A stretch of DNA of 64,000 nt from Azolla caroliniana (Eukaryota; Plantae; Polypodiophyta): positions 16,864,001 to 16,928,000 of the forward strand of contig JBHGNT010000001.1 in the NCBI GenBank assembly GCA_043228905.1, read 5' to 3'. Under the pieces are notes generated by a model, which saw only the letters and a list, made by a program, of their open reading frames with translations, ran no database searches and had not been told where the DNA came from. Below are positions 1-12,650 of this stretch, piece by piece. The position numbers were made by a program, and so were the translations under genes. How positions within the stretch are numbered: position 1 is the first letter of the stretch; each line of letters starts with the position of its first letter.

Positions 1-1359
1 AGCGCGATTCCGGAATAAAAGCCGGTTCGACACAAAGCACCGACTACAACCGCGGAAGATTGAAGAAGGAGATTGGGTGATTGTCTACGATAGTAGTTTG
101 GATCATCAACATACAACGATGCGGAAGTTCGCGAAAAGGTGGTTTGGGCCATACGAGGTTCGGAAAGTTTTCGACAACGGAACTTACCGACTATGTGAGT
201 TGGATGGAACAATGCTACGAGTGCCTATAGCCGGGAAATGGGTGAAGATTTTCAAGAAGCGGATTGATGAAGAACCCTATGTGATCCTAGAGAAGACCAA
301 CCAGAAAGATCGCGGTGATGCGGAAAGCAAAGAAAGTGGATTAGAACTCATAGTCGACTTAAGGAGAGAATCAGAGGAAGCTTCGGATGAAGGTGAATAG
401 CAAGCATCGGGGACTTCGGCACATACCGGAGGATGTGCGGGTTAGGAGGGGGCGAGTGTCGTAGTGTAATTCGCACACTACGTAAAAAATTACATTTTTG
501 GTCTCTCCGGATAGGACATGGAGTACCCGGTGAGAACCAAAAGAAGGAACCGGTAAGGACCGAAACCGGTAAGGAGACCTGGCAAGAGCCGGATGAAGAA
601 GGCTGGTGAGAGTCGGTGAGAAACGGACGAAGAGATCGGTAAGGAGGTCCCGGTAAGAACCGGACAAAGAAAACTAGCAAGCACCGGATGAAGCAGAACC
701 GGAAAGAGCCGGATGAAGAAGGCCGGTGAGAGTCTCTCACCGGATGAAGAGACATATTTGTAAATAGAAGAAAGTAAATATATATATATATATATATATT
801 ACATGCATAGGGCAAGATTCGAACCTTGCACCTCCATGTTAATAATGTTAAGCCTTATCATTATACTAGCATATTATGAATTTTAAAGTTATACTAAACT
901 TTATCCCATGTAAAATTTCTAGACATGCATGGTACAAAAAGTTATTTATGCATAAACACTCGAGTTAAAAGAAAAGATGAGATAGAAAGCTAATCATGCA
1001 CATGCAGTGTGCATGAAAACTAAAGATAGGAAAAGCATGATGCTTGCATGTGATAAACTTAGACTCTTCCAACACTATATAAGGAAGAGAGAAAGATGTA
1101 TAGAGTTGTTGATTATTTTTACAAGGGTTGATTAATATAATATAATCGTGGGATCCACGAGTTTGCTAACTATTTTCCTCTCTTAATTTGAGTACTCACT
1201 AATACAATATACTCGTGGGATTCACAAGTTTTTCATATCTTTCTTTCTTACAATATATTTCATATTCTTAATTGCCTTAGAATTTTCTTTCCTCCTAGTC
1301 CAAAACCCCAGCAGTTCCCACCCGACTCACGCAACGATCCGGAGCCGCAAGGCACGACA
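1..1359 (+). mobile_element. Ty3/Gypsy retrotransposon 3' end (integrase C-terminus, PPT, 3' LTR)
   Basis: ORF 77-400 has the integrase C-terminal motif WFGPYEVRKVFDNGTYRL. The purine tract AGGAGGGGGCGAG is directly followed by an LTR, TGTCGTAG...CACGACA (457-1359). The element is inserted into the integrase of another Gypsy element. Confidence 0.9.
457..1359 (+). repeat. LTR (TGTCG...CGACA family)
   Basis: Short inverted termini TGTCGT/ACGACA. Homologous to the solo LTR at 34487-35275 (shared start and shared CCCGACTCACGCAA..GATCCGGAGCCG..AGGCACGACA end). Contains a CCGG-rich repeat array (~520-750) and a (TA)n tract. Confidence 0.9.
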
Positions 1360-2097
1360 ACGGTTTAGATGGACTGGACCGTACTGGATCACACACGAGT
1401 TCAATGGGTCTTACCAGTTAGGGACACTTGCCGGCGAGGTGTTGGGTAAATGGGTCAACGGATTTATACTAAAGCCATACAAAGGACCGATGCCCAAGAA
1501 CCCATTTGAACGAAGGGCCGACACCAAATTGGACACCGGCAGGCCAACCAAGATGGCAACCTGTGAGGAAATCGGCTACCACCAAGCCGGTAAGGAGGAG
1601 CACGAGCGAGCAACCGGGGAGAGCAAGACGACAGCAAACCATCAAGAGGCCGGCAAGGTGCGCGTTTCGGGTAAGGGTCCAACAGGACTGGAGAAAAATT
1701 AACTGCACAAGTAATTTCAAAAAAAAAAAATCGAATCAAAGAAATCATGGAAAGGAGTGGTGGGAACGGCCATGCAAACGAGGAGTAAAGAGGCACTTCA
1801 AAAAGGTACGAGGAGGCTATGAATAGGGCATTAAAACAACGCCACATGGCACATAATGCTATTATAGTACACAACCTACACACGAGTAGGCTCGAAAAAG
1901 GCGCCAAGATGCAGAGAGAAAAACCCCCACCCATCGAGACCTTCTTCTTTCGCGAACCAAGGAGAACAAACGCAGACAGACGTGTGAAGATCAATCGAAG
2001 AGAGCTCGCGCACAGAGAACCCCCTCACTCAGAACTTTCTCTCTCACACTCTCACCACCATCAAACCTCCCCAACGCTCTCCGACTTCGACGCAGAG

Positions 2098-4894
2098 ATG
2101 GACTGCCAAACACTCTCTGAAGCCGCCAAGAAATGGCTACGGCAACACGGACTGGAGGGTTTCTTGACAATCATGGAGGCGGCGCCACACAAGGAGGCCG
2201 AAACGATTATCAAAGAAATCGACACAGAGTTGATCACGGAGGAGGCGATCTGTGCGTTAACAGGCCTTCCGGAGGGGGGCCTCTACACGATCGACAATCC
2301 TACCTCCGAGCAGCTCATCAAATATTTCGGTGAGTATTCTCTCGCCAACAAGGGCTACAGGACACAGGGCGGCGAAGATATGTTATTCCGCGAAATTGCC
2401 CGTGTACTCCATGAGTTCAGCCACGTATACCCTCGAACCCCCGTTATGCCTCAGAACCGAGTAGGCTTGATTATCGCAACGTACGAAGGGGTCAAGGTGG
2501 ATTGGCCGGTGCTGATCGTCGACGGATTGTGCGCGGCCATTGATACTGTAAGAGGTAAGGAAGGCAAAGAAGGCCGGAAAATATGGTATGCGGTGACGCA
2601 ATGGCTCACCCTATTGGCGCCACCTATCGAGCCCGTCCAGACCAAGAAACGGGGAAGAGTACCCGACAGCACCCCGAGAGCTGTTTCAAAACAGCAACAG
2701 TTGTTGGCCTCCAAGGCCACTAAGGGGAAGACGGCCGATGCAGAGAAGGCGGCAAAGGAGCGCGCCAGCCGGAAGCGACCGATGGACACGCACGAGGAGA
2801 CATCGGCACGGCCACTGAAGAGCCCACTCCACCGACCGGTGTAGCAGGAAACGGACACCTTGGCGGCTAAAATGAATGTCGAGACTCGGGAGGAGGAAAT
2901 GGAGGAAGAGCCTATGGAGCACCTCCAGTGGCGGCCGATGAAGAGGACCGCAGAATCAGCCGGGAAGCGTTCGGACCCACAAAAGGATGGAACGCCCGCA
3001 ACCCACACTGAGACTCCCACGCCAAGGGAGGCACCGGAACCGATCACAGAAGTCCCTGCACAACAGAGAGCACCGGCAAGCCCCGTAACTCAAGAGCCAG
3101 TTATACAAATGCCAACCTCCTCAGCCGGCCAAGAACAAGCAGAACAAGTGCGGCCAGCCGAAACACAACCGGAACCTGAACGGCAAAGTGGGCAGCAGGT
3201 AGACCCAGAATTGCCGCTCGACGTAGAAAGGCGGGACCAGCCACCGGCATGTGAACACATCATCAGCCAACCCACCGTGCAGACGCAACAACAGGGCACC
3301 GGCAGCCAATGGCTCCGGTGGATAGGGGAACAAATTGCCGGAGTAGTCGGATACATAGAGGCGGAAGAAAGAGCGCAAACAGAATGGTTGCTAGTCACAA
3401 CCAATGAACTAGAGACGGCCCGGTCAAGGATCCGGTGCCTCGAACAAGAGTTGGATCGGGTCACAGAAGACATGGCCAAAATGGCCTTAAACGCCACATA
3501 GATCCAAGCACTGGTGACTCCGGTGGATGTACATACGAATAAGACCCCAGAGACAGAAACTATTCCAGAGAAAGATGCAGCGCAAGCCCACGAGCTTGCC
3601 AACTGAAGGGACGAACTTGCCGCACAAGAAGCATTACGGAACCGCGAACGCGACTTGAAGAAGGCGGCCGAAGAAGAATTCAAGAAGACTACTGAGAACC
3701 TCCACCGGGCAGAGGAAAACCTGCGTAAAGGACATCAAGCTTACGACCGGCTAAAGGAGGAAAAAGAGAAATTGTTGCAGGAGAAAGACAAGCTGCGACG
3801 GATGGCAGAGACGGAAATCGAAAGGCTGAAGGAAGAACTCCGTCAACAGAAGGACCGGGAGGACCGCGCGTGCCGGCAGATCAACCAAAGGCTGAAGCAG
3901 AAGACAAATGATTTTGATCATCTGCACCGGCACTACAAGCAGCTGGAGGCGGAGTATAAGCAACAGTAGGAAAGGCTGGCCGAGCTCCGGCAAGAAATTG
4001 ATAGGGCCACAACGGCACTCACCGATGAACGAGCGAAGAATTCAAAGCTATTGGAGGAAGCGGCAACGTACCGGATGGAGTTCCACAAGCAGAACATGAA
4101 GAAAAGGAAAGAGCGACAATGGTGTTACAGAGGTTGCAAACAACCTATCAAAGTCAATTGTCGCATTATAGGGAGCAGGAGGCGGACATGGTCAAAATCA
4201 TCAAGCAATTGAAAGAGGAGCGACAAGCCGCGGAGAACAAATCACGGATGGGAACCGAACGGATCCAGTGCATCCTCCGAGCATGGCTCACCAAGACCAA
4301 ACGCGTGATTGATGAAAGCTCTGTGCAATGGTGGACGAAATGGGCGCAGAATACGGAAATGGACTCCAATTGCTCAGGGCGGATGTGGAAAACCGGCGGA
4401 AAGAAGGTGACGACTGTTATACGCTGACATCGGAGGACTTCACCGCCATAAGGGATGAGTTGGCCGAAGATTTCACAGCCCTTGCGGATGAACAATTGGT
4501 GCAGGTCCGGTAGCTCATAGCTCAACTAGACGACGATCGGTTGGAGGCTCAAATCCAGTTTGAGAGCTATGAGGGGTCCCGTCTTCGGGAAGAAAAAGCA
4601 AGGTAGGCGGCAACGGTTAACCTCAGTGATGAGGAACCATCTCCGGTACAAGGACCAGACGGGGACCAAGCCGAGGTCAGTCAGCCAACGACAACTCCGA
4701 CGGAGGAAACAACGAAGGAAACGCCGGTGCTAAAGCGACAAACGGAGCAGCAGCCCCAAATGGAGAAGGCATAAACGGAGCAGCCACTGCAGCAGCCACA
4801 AACGGAACATCAGCCACAACAACAACAACAGATTCCTGACGAGCCATTGGAAATTCTGGAGCAAAGCATTCTAGACATTTTGGACAAAGAGTAG
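2098..4894 (+). pseudogene. Retrotransposon extra ORF (post-pol): N-terminal globular domain plus long coiled coil, interrupted by stops
   Basis: ORFs 1819-2844, 2860-3501 and 3655-3969 are in one frame, separated by single TAG/TGA stops. Homologous to 45176-46907. Confidence 0.75.
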
Positions 4895-4948
4895 CAAGGC
4901 CAGATAATGGGTTCGACGTACAAGGTACTATCCCATGGGCGTGCCATG

Positions 4949-5387
4949 TGTTACCCGGCCGGCAAAGAAGGCTTCAGGATGTCCAGACCAAAGTGTGAAA
5001 GGAATAGTTTATTCGGGAACTGTTGTAATTATTTTATTAATATGGACGGACGGACCGGAATCGGTATGCCAATCCGGATCCGAACCGATTCCAAATAGGT
5101 GCCGGTTGGCACCGTTTTGTACTTCGCACCGAAGACCTATATAAAGGCTCGGTTACAATGTAATTGACAGCAGATAATTAATAGAACTTATTTTCCTTAA
5201 CCTTTCAGTATTGATTACCGTTCTGTACTCATTGTTATATCTTACGCGTGTTAATGATGTATTGCTAAATAACCAATTAAGGCCTAATTAAGCGTTGTGT
5301 CGTAAGTCATCTTGCCACAACACCCTTTGGTGAAGTGTCTTAAGTGGACACCCTGTGTTAGGCTGTTGTCCGGCCCTAGGATTAACA
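4949..5387 (+). repeat. 3' LTR of Athila-like element
   Basis: TGTTA...TAACA termini, TATA box (CCTATATAAAGG), matches 57944-58405. Confidence 0.9.
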
Positions 5388-7437
5388 TGTAGATTCTCCA
5401 CGGCTTGCCATTGTCAACACTTATCAAGACGGCTACAAGCCTTTTTCACCGTCGTCCAGTCCGCTACCAAGCCATTTGGTTACGTTTCGTCCTCCAAAAA
5501 ACCACCCAATTCTCTTTGGTCTTTTGTATCCACCACCTTCAGGAATAGCAAGACTTTATCTCCATCGAGAACTCGTTGATCAGCACTCAGAAGTCGGTTG
5601 TACTTCTGGTCGAATTCCGCATATACTCCCGATGCACACAGATTCTTTCCTTTCTTCTCGATCCAAATCATTAGTGTATGTCGAGTCATCTGTGATGCGT
5701 CTTCAAGCATGTATTTAGCAAGAAGTGCCTTCTCGAACTCCGCCCAAGTTGCATGCGCGTTTTCGATCTCTATGACACGCTCGCGGATTCCTGGTTCCAC
5801 CACATGCTTGAAACTAGAAATTTGTTTCAAATCATGGACATCCCTCTGTTGCATCTCATTCTGATTGGTGGCAAGGAAATTCATGATATTCTTGCCACCA
5901 AATCGTCCAGATATCTCCACCGTTTGATCAACAACTTTGTCGATTAAAGCCTCTCAATCCCTCGCCTTCAGCATGTATTCCACAACGGACACTATGCCTT
6001 TCGTTAATTCCTCTCCTTGAGTTCCACTTGTCGAAGCCATCGTCGCACTTGATATCCTCTTGCCACCTCACTTCACGTCGGGTTCACCAAAGATGTCGTG
6101 AAAATACGACGACGACACGTGAACTTGGGGTAGGACCCCGGGGTCTCCGACCGAAGGATATCAGATTTGTATGTTTATATTAAAGAATTAATGCAAAATG
6201 AGAAAGATCCACAAATTTCATTTATAAAGGGAAAGAAATATTACAATCAATCCCAAGATTGGGATTACAAAAGTTTTAGCTTATGGAGATTACTAGAGTA
6301 ATAGATTAGAAGAAACTAAGATACGGATTCAATAGGAAAATTAGGTTTTTTCTGGCTTCCATAAGAGATTATGGTTTATGAGTGATCTCTTCGTTGAGAA
6401 AATTAGGGTTTTCTAGCTTCCATAAGACATTAGGGTTTTTGAGTTCAATAGGAAATTAGGGTTTATGAGAGATATGGCTTCGTAAGATAAGGGAACCGAG
6501 AAGGAAAAAAAAAAAAAAAAAGATGGAGAAAAAAATTGGAATATTATGGAGTTCTCCGATGATCATAGCCTCCCATGATCCTTTGCATGCGTCCCCTTTT
6601 AGTTGCATGGCCTCCATTTTTAGTTGCATGCCTTCCACATGACCTTTACTTTATGCATGGCCTCCACCTTTAGTTGCATTCCTTCCACATGACCTTTACT
6701 TTATTTTACTTTACTTTAGTTTAGTCACATGATCCTATAATCCGTAAATTTTAGCCCATGCTTTGATCCATCCAGTTCGGTTCCGGTTCAATCTCCAGTT
6801 CCATCTGGTTGTCGGCTCCATCCGGTTGTCGGTCGCCGGCTCCGCCTGGTCTCTGGTTGCCGAATCCATCCGGTCACCGGTTGCCGGATCCGCCCGATCG
6901 CTGGTTGCCGGATTCGTCCGGTCACCGGCTCTGTCCAGTTTCCGGTTGCTGGCTTTGCTCGGTCACCGGTTGTACACCGGTTCCATCCAATTGCCGGCTC
7001 CATTCGATTTTTGGTACTATCACTGACCAGTTTGAGTTCCTTCACCGGCCAGTTTGAGTTCCATCACTGGCCGGTTCGAACAACTTAGCCACATCTAGCG
7101 ACTTAGCCACATCTGTCCTTCTAGACAAAAGTGGCCCAAGCCCAACTATTTCTTTTGTGCTCTTAACACATATATGAGAAATGATGGTTCTCAATCTGCT
7201 TATATAGATGGCTCCTAAAGTTTCCTATCTATGTGGGGTACTTCAAAATTCTATTTTCCTTATCTTCTCAAACTTCATGTCCACCTAACATGATATGTAG
7301 TTGTCCATTTTATATGTAGTAAAATGCGTTTTGAAGCTCTTGAGTACATCCATATTTCTATAACAAGTCACTAATCTAATCTAAAATAATTATTTCATTA
7401 TTATTTTTTTACATAGTGTGTGAAGATTCACATGACA
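5388..7437 (-). mobile_element. Gypsy element 5' part (LTR 6094-7437, tRNA-Trp PBS, gag)
   Basis: Minus-strand LTR TGTCATG...CACGACA, followed by PBS TGGTGAACCCGACGTGAAG (6071-6089), complementary to the plant tRNA-Trp 3' end. Gag-like ORF 5480-5920. Inserted in a Copia RT at 7438. Confidence 0.85.
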
Positions 7438-10400
7438 CCGTCTTGACATCCAACTGTTCGATCTCCAGATCCATGCTAGTAGTTATGCTCAGAACAGTTC
7501 TAATGGATGTCATCTTCACGATTGGAGCGAATATTTCGTCAAATCCGACGCCCTTTTTCTGTTGGAAACCCTTCACCACAATGCGGGCTTTATACCTAGG
7601 CCTAGGCGCACTGTCAACTTCTCGAGTCTTCACCTTGTAGACCCATTTGTTCTTGAGTGCTCTCTTACCTCTCGATAATTCTACCAGGTCGTAGGTGTAG
7701 TTTTCGTGCAAGGAGTCCATCTCATCTTGCATCACGTTCAGCCATTTCCCTCTGTGCTCGTCAACAATAGTTTCATCATAGCCCTTTGGCTCACCTTCAC
7801 CAGTCAAGAGGATGTATTGACTAGCATATGTTGTGGTGTGCTCCTTTCTCTGAGTGGGTATCTCCTTCCACTCGTTGTTGGCTCTCGTTCGGATGTCTCT
7901 CCCGACTCTCCTCTTTGCTTGAGTTCATATATGTCGATCTGCTTTTCAAGGTTGGAAGACTCCAACTCATATTCCTCGGTCGACCTTAAGAGCTCTACCG
8001 ACTCAGACTCATAGTCGGTTGGTCTCTCCGAGTCGACCAACTCGGAATCGGTTGTGTCGACTGGCTGTCTCCGAGCAACCGACTGTGTCGGTTCACTTGG
8101 CCTCAAGTCGATAGTAGTGGAGGTTGACTAATTAGTCGATTCCGGCTTCTGTTGCTTCCAGTCCTGTATGGTATTGTCTTCCAAGAAGACTATGGCTGGA
8201 ATCCTCACAACCTTCTCGTCGACTAGGTTCCATAGCCTATAGCCAAACTCATCTTCCGAGTATCCCATGAATATGCATGGTTTCGACTTGTTGTCGAGCT
8301 TCGACCTCTGATCCTTAGCCACATTCATATATGATAAACATCTGAACACCCTCAGCTGTCGGTAGGAGATTTTCTTTCCTATCCACACCCTCTGTGGGAC
8401 ATCACCCTTCAATGGCAATGAGGGAGACCTGTTGATCAGGTAAACAACTGTATACATCGCCTCAGCCCAATAGGATTTCAGCAATTTAGCATGAGAGAGC
8501 ATGCTCCTTACTCTCTCCATGATTATTCGATTAATCCTCTCTACAAGCCCATTCAACTCAAGGGTCTTTGGTATGGTGTATTCGATTCGAATACCCTGGG
8601 CTTTGTAGTATTCCTCAAACTGCCCTTTATATTCGCCACCATTGTTGGTTCGGACAGCCTTCAACTTCTGACCCGACTCCCATTCGGCGCTTGCTTGGAA
8701 CTCCTTGAAGAACGACAGTACTAGATCTTTTGACTTTAATACGAAAGCCCACAACTTCCGACTGTAGTCATCGATAAAGGTCACAAACTATTGTCCGCCT
8801 CGGTGTGACGGAGCATCTACATAACACACATCCGTGTGTACTAGTTCCAATGGCACTTCTCTTCTCCGTGGTGGTATGGAGTGGAATGTTGCTCTGTTCT
8901 GCTTTCTGACTAAGCAGTCGACACACTTCTCCAGGTGCACTCCCTTTACCTCTAGTAGAAGCCTTTGGTCGGCCAATAGATGCAGTCCCTTCTCACTCAT
9001 GTGGCCTAGCCTCTTATGCCATATTTTTCCTCCCGAGTCGGCTACCACATTCACTTCCGAGTTGCGCAGTCGGGCTTGCATCATATACAATGTGCCTTCC
9101 TTCTGTGCTCGGGCCACTATAAGATTTCCTCGGCTAAACTTCCACTTGCCATTCCGAAAACTACCATTGTAGCCTTCGTCGTCCAGTTTTCTTGTCGATA
9201 TCAGATTCAATCTCATATCAGGGACGTGTCTAACATCCTTCAGAGTTAGCCAACACCTCGTTGGCATCGTCAAGCAGACACTTCTGATTCCGGCTATACT
9301 CTACACTCCCCACTTTCACCCATCTTTACATAACCATGGTCACCGGCTATGTAAGACGAGAAATACTCTCTCGACGGAGTTATGTGGAAGGATGCCCCGG
9401 ACTCGATCACCCAAGTGCATTCTTCGCTCGCAAGGTTTGCACTTGTTTGTTCGCAAATGAACAACTTTTCTTCATTGCTTGTAGCAATGGCTGAAGTGCC
9501 CTTTTCATCAGGAATCTTCCTGGGTTCGACACCATTACCGACACTTTTGTCCTTCCTCATGTGTCGGTAGTCCTTCTGGAAGTGTCCAGGTTTTCCACAA
9601 TAGAAGCACACCAGCTTACCTCTGGACTTCGACCTGGCTTGAGACTTTTCTCTCCTAGGTGGACTTCATTGCCGGTTCCTCCCTCTGCTGATGTGTTGAG
9701 TCAAATTTGACTCTGACTAGACTAGAACACCCTTGCCCTTCCTTCTCGATTCTGCATTCAGGATGCTTGTCTTCACCTCTTGTAAAGACAAGTTCTCTTC
9801 TTGATAGGAGGTGCTGAGAGTAACCAACAGGTTCTCCCAGCTATCCGACAGTGTGCACATCAGCAAGATGGCTTGCATGGCATCATCGAGGGGAAACTTG
9901 GTTTCAGCAAGTTGATTTACATACCCCATGAATGTGTTGATGTGTTCAACGATGCTCTCACCATTTTTGTATTTCAACCATACGATCTTTCTCATCAGTA
10001 AGGTTTTATTGAGGACGTTCTTCCTCTCATATAGACCTGACAGCTTCTACCACATCTCGTGGGCATTCGTGTCGTTCGCCACATGCTGAAGGACACTTAC
10101 ATCGATGCACTATCAGATGGTGGTCACCGCCTTTCTGTTGAGACGTTTCCATTCCGACTCTAATACCCCCGTGGGTATTTCTACTCTATCGATCGGCTCG
10201 TGCAAGTCTTTGACTATGAGAAGTTCCTCCATCTTTATCTTCCAGTCTGTATTGTTCTGAGAGTTTAGAACTATCATTCCTGGGAAGCCGCTCACACCTC
10301 CTTCTATGCTTGCACCTCAAGCTCAGATACTAGTTTGTTGAGAAACAAATCGTCAATCTACAATAAAGGAATGCGTTGAAATACACAGTTTGGAAACACT

Positions 10401-11031
10401 GAAGACAATGTGCACTGATTTTACGTGGAGAAAACCATGGAGAACGGAGCTTCACTATATATATATAGTGGATATACAAGGACGGGATTAGAGTACAACA
10501 CTCTCTAATCTGAGTGTATCAGCCATGCAAGGCTCTTACAGAACACGGTTATGGCGCCGCTCACACAGTCTCTCCTAACGTTCTCACTCTTCTCTATCGT
10601 TCTCTACAACAGAGGATCACACACTGTTCTGCCTCACTCACCATTAACACTACTTGCCCTAGGTGTATTTATATTTATACCTTGTCTGGGCTATTTACAA
10701 ATGTAGCCACTACTACACAACACTATTATTATTATCTATAATAATAAGTGGCCATCAGTCGACCCTAGTGTTGATTGTCCCGCCGGTCCGCCGGTCCGAC
10801 TAGTCAGCCTAATCATCGACCATCTAGTCGACCCGATTAGTCGGTCGCGTCTTCGACCTGGATCTCCTTTTTGTCAACTCACCCAGTCAACTCTCACAGT
10901 CAACTTTCTTGCAGTTGACTCTTCAACTATCGTTACTCGGCCCGAACAGTTTGCTCCTCCTAGTCTTCGACAGTCGGCACTTCTTGGCCCAAACAATTGG
11001 CTCCTCCCACTAGAGGGACATATTCCTAACA
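7438..11031 (-). mobile_element. Ty1/Copia element (Tnt1/Tork-like), decayed gag-pol with 5' LTR
   Basis: Gag/UBN2 (10295-9717), zinc knuckle CFYCGKPGH, protease WVIESGASFH, GAG-pre-integrase WHKRLGH, integrase FIDDYSRK...NGGEY, RT KARIVVKGF...QLDVKT. Degenerate Met PBS (TAGTATCTGAGC) next to an LTR at ~10336-11031. Many frameshifts and stops. Confidence 0.9.
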
Positions 11032-11540
11032 TAAACTGCAAAGTGTTAACCATAACCATTTTAATATTCACCAACATGTAACTAATGTAATTTTTCAGGA
11101 ACAAGGGGAGACGATGAATGTGGACACACCTACAGCACTCGACCTCTCTCTTGATTAAGTGGAAAGGCAAGGAATTCAAAGCAACTCGACATGGAGTAGA
11201 CACAATTATTAGAAAATAAGGGAATGTGAACTACACTGCCTAGAAGCTATGGTTGGGGTATCTTTTACATTGGAACCACTGGCCATATCCACATCGAAAC
11301 CCTTTGACCCCCCGCTTCTTTTCGAGAGACTTGGATGGAAATGAAACTAGGCCTAGTATAAAGCCATTTCCTTATAGAACGTGTTTTTTTACTAGAACTC
11401 TTTAGCTCAAGTTCTTTTTTTTTCTTTTAATTTCGATGAAAGGGTAAATACCCCATTTTTGTTGCAAATCAATTGTCTCATGGGCCAATTTTGTTCTTAA
11501 AAGATGTAAATATCTCTCTCTCTCCATCTCTCTCTCTCTC
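11032..11540 (+). mobile_element. RTE-like LINE 3' end remnant
   Basis: Encodes ...PFDPPLLFERLGWK*, the same C-terminus as the LINE ORF at 59076-60335. Ends in a (CT)n tail. Confidence 0.75.
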
Positions 11541-12650
11541 TGATCACCTTTTAACCCTTCGAGTATTAATGGAGGAAAGTCACCTTTGAGGTATTTAGGT
11601 TTATCTTGTTGCTACGTAGACTTTAAAAAAGCTTTTGATATGGTACCTCATGAGCATCTTTGGAGGCAAATGGAAGAACTCAAGGTGCCAAGTGAATATA
11701 TGCTTTTGGCTCCTCTAGTAATACATTTTCGACACTTTGGTGACATCGGTGCTTCTCTATGGGGTTGAAGAATGGAGTGGTAACATTCCAAAATCTACTT
11801 GGAAAGAGTTTGAAAATGTCCAAAAACATTTTCTTACAAAGTTTCTACAAGTTAAGAAACAAACGCGATACATCCTCCTCCTTGAGATGGGATCACTTCC
11901 CATTGAAATCACGGTCATGGAAAGGGTTGTTGAATACATGCTTAAGGTTCAAAAAAGTCCCTCATATCGATTTCCGACAATCGCATGGGAAGCAAGTAAA
12001 AGGATCCAAAAGACACATAACAGAAAAATATTGTGTTATGGTTGGATGCAAGATATGAAAAAGTGGTTTGGTAGATGGGATGCAACACATTTGCTTCATG
12101 ATGCATCACTAGATTCCTCTGTAAGTGAGGCCTTTTTGCAACACCAATGTATCATGACATGGGAAAAATATGGAGGATCACGCTTCACTCATTATACTAC
12201 ACATGTTGCACCTAACTACAAAACCATGCTCTTCGTGGAATGGGGAAACAACCCATTCCGTTGGCTTCTATTCGAACCGTTTCTTCCATGAGACTTAGCT
12301 CACATGCATTGCGATGTGAGATAGGGTGTTCGGGCACAAGTGATGAGAGTGGTCGATTATGCACACTTTGCCCTAAATAAGTTCGAGAGTCAGAGTATCA
12401 CACTTTGATACAATGCTCTACCTTTGATCATATTCAACCATGCTTTCCACACATCTTCGACCAAGCCCAATCCTTGCATGAATTTCTCTCACAAGCACAA
12501 TGTGCACTCTCGATTGCAACATTCAGTGGTAAAGTTCTTGAACATCGAGAGTCGTTACTCACTTTCTCGCATATCACGTGAAACGTAATATTTTTGGTCT
12601 CATAGATCATATATGACCTCCGAAGACGATAATATAATCTATCTATCTAT
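11541..12650 (+). mobile_element. RTE-like LINE fragment (RT motif plus C-terminal region)
   Basis: CYVDFKKAFDMV RT motif, VTSVLLYGVEEW motif, CxxC...H C-terminal motif, and an (ATCT)n tail near 12640. Confidence 0.8.

Larger units (their letters stand above)
1360..5387 (+). mobile_element. Non-chromovirus (Athila-like) Gypsy element, 3' part with extra ORF and 3' LTR
   Basis: Integrase tail RFRWTGPYWI...LGKWVNGF at 1361-1700, a long extra ORF, and a 3' LTR TGTTAC...TAACA at 4949-5387 that is near-identical to the LTR at 57944-58405. Confidence 0.85.

Noticed and set aside
2098-4894. env gene or captured host myosin/SMC gene
   Set aside because: No clear signal peptide or transmembrane helix. 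The coiled-coil similarity is generic, and the ORF lies at a homologous position within two retroelements.
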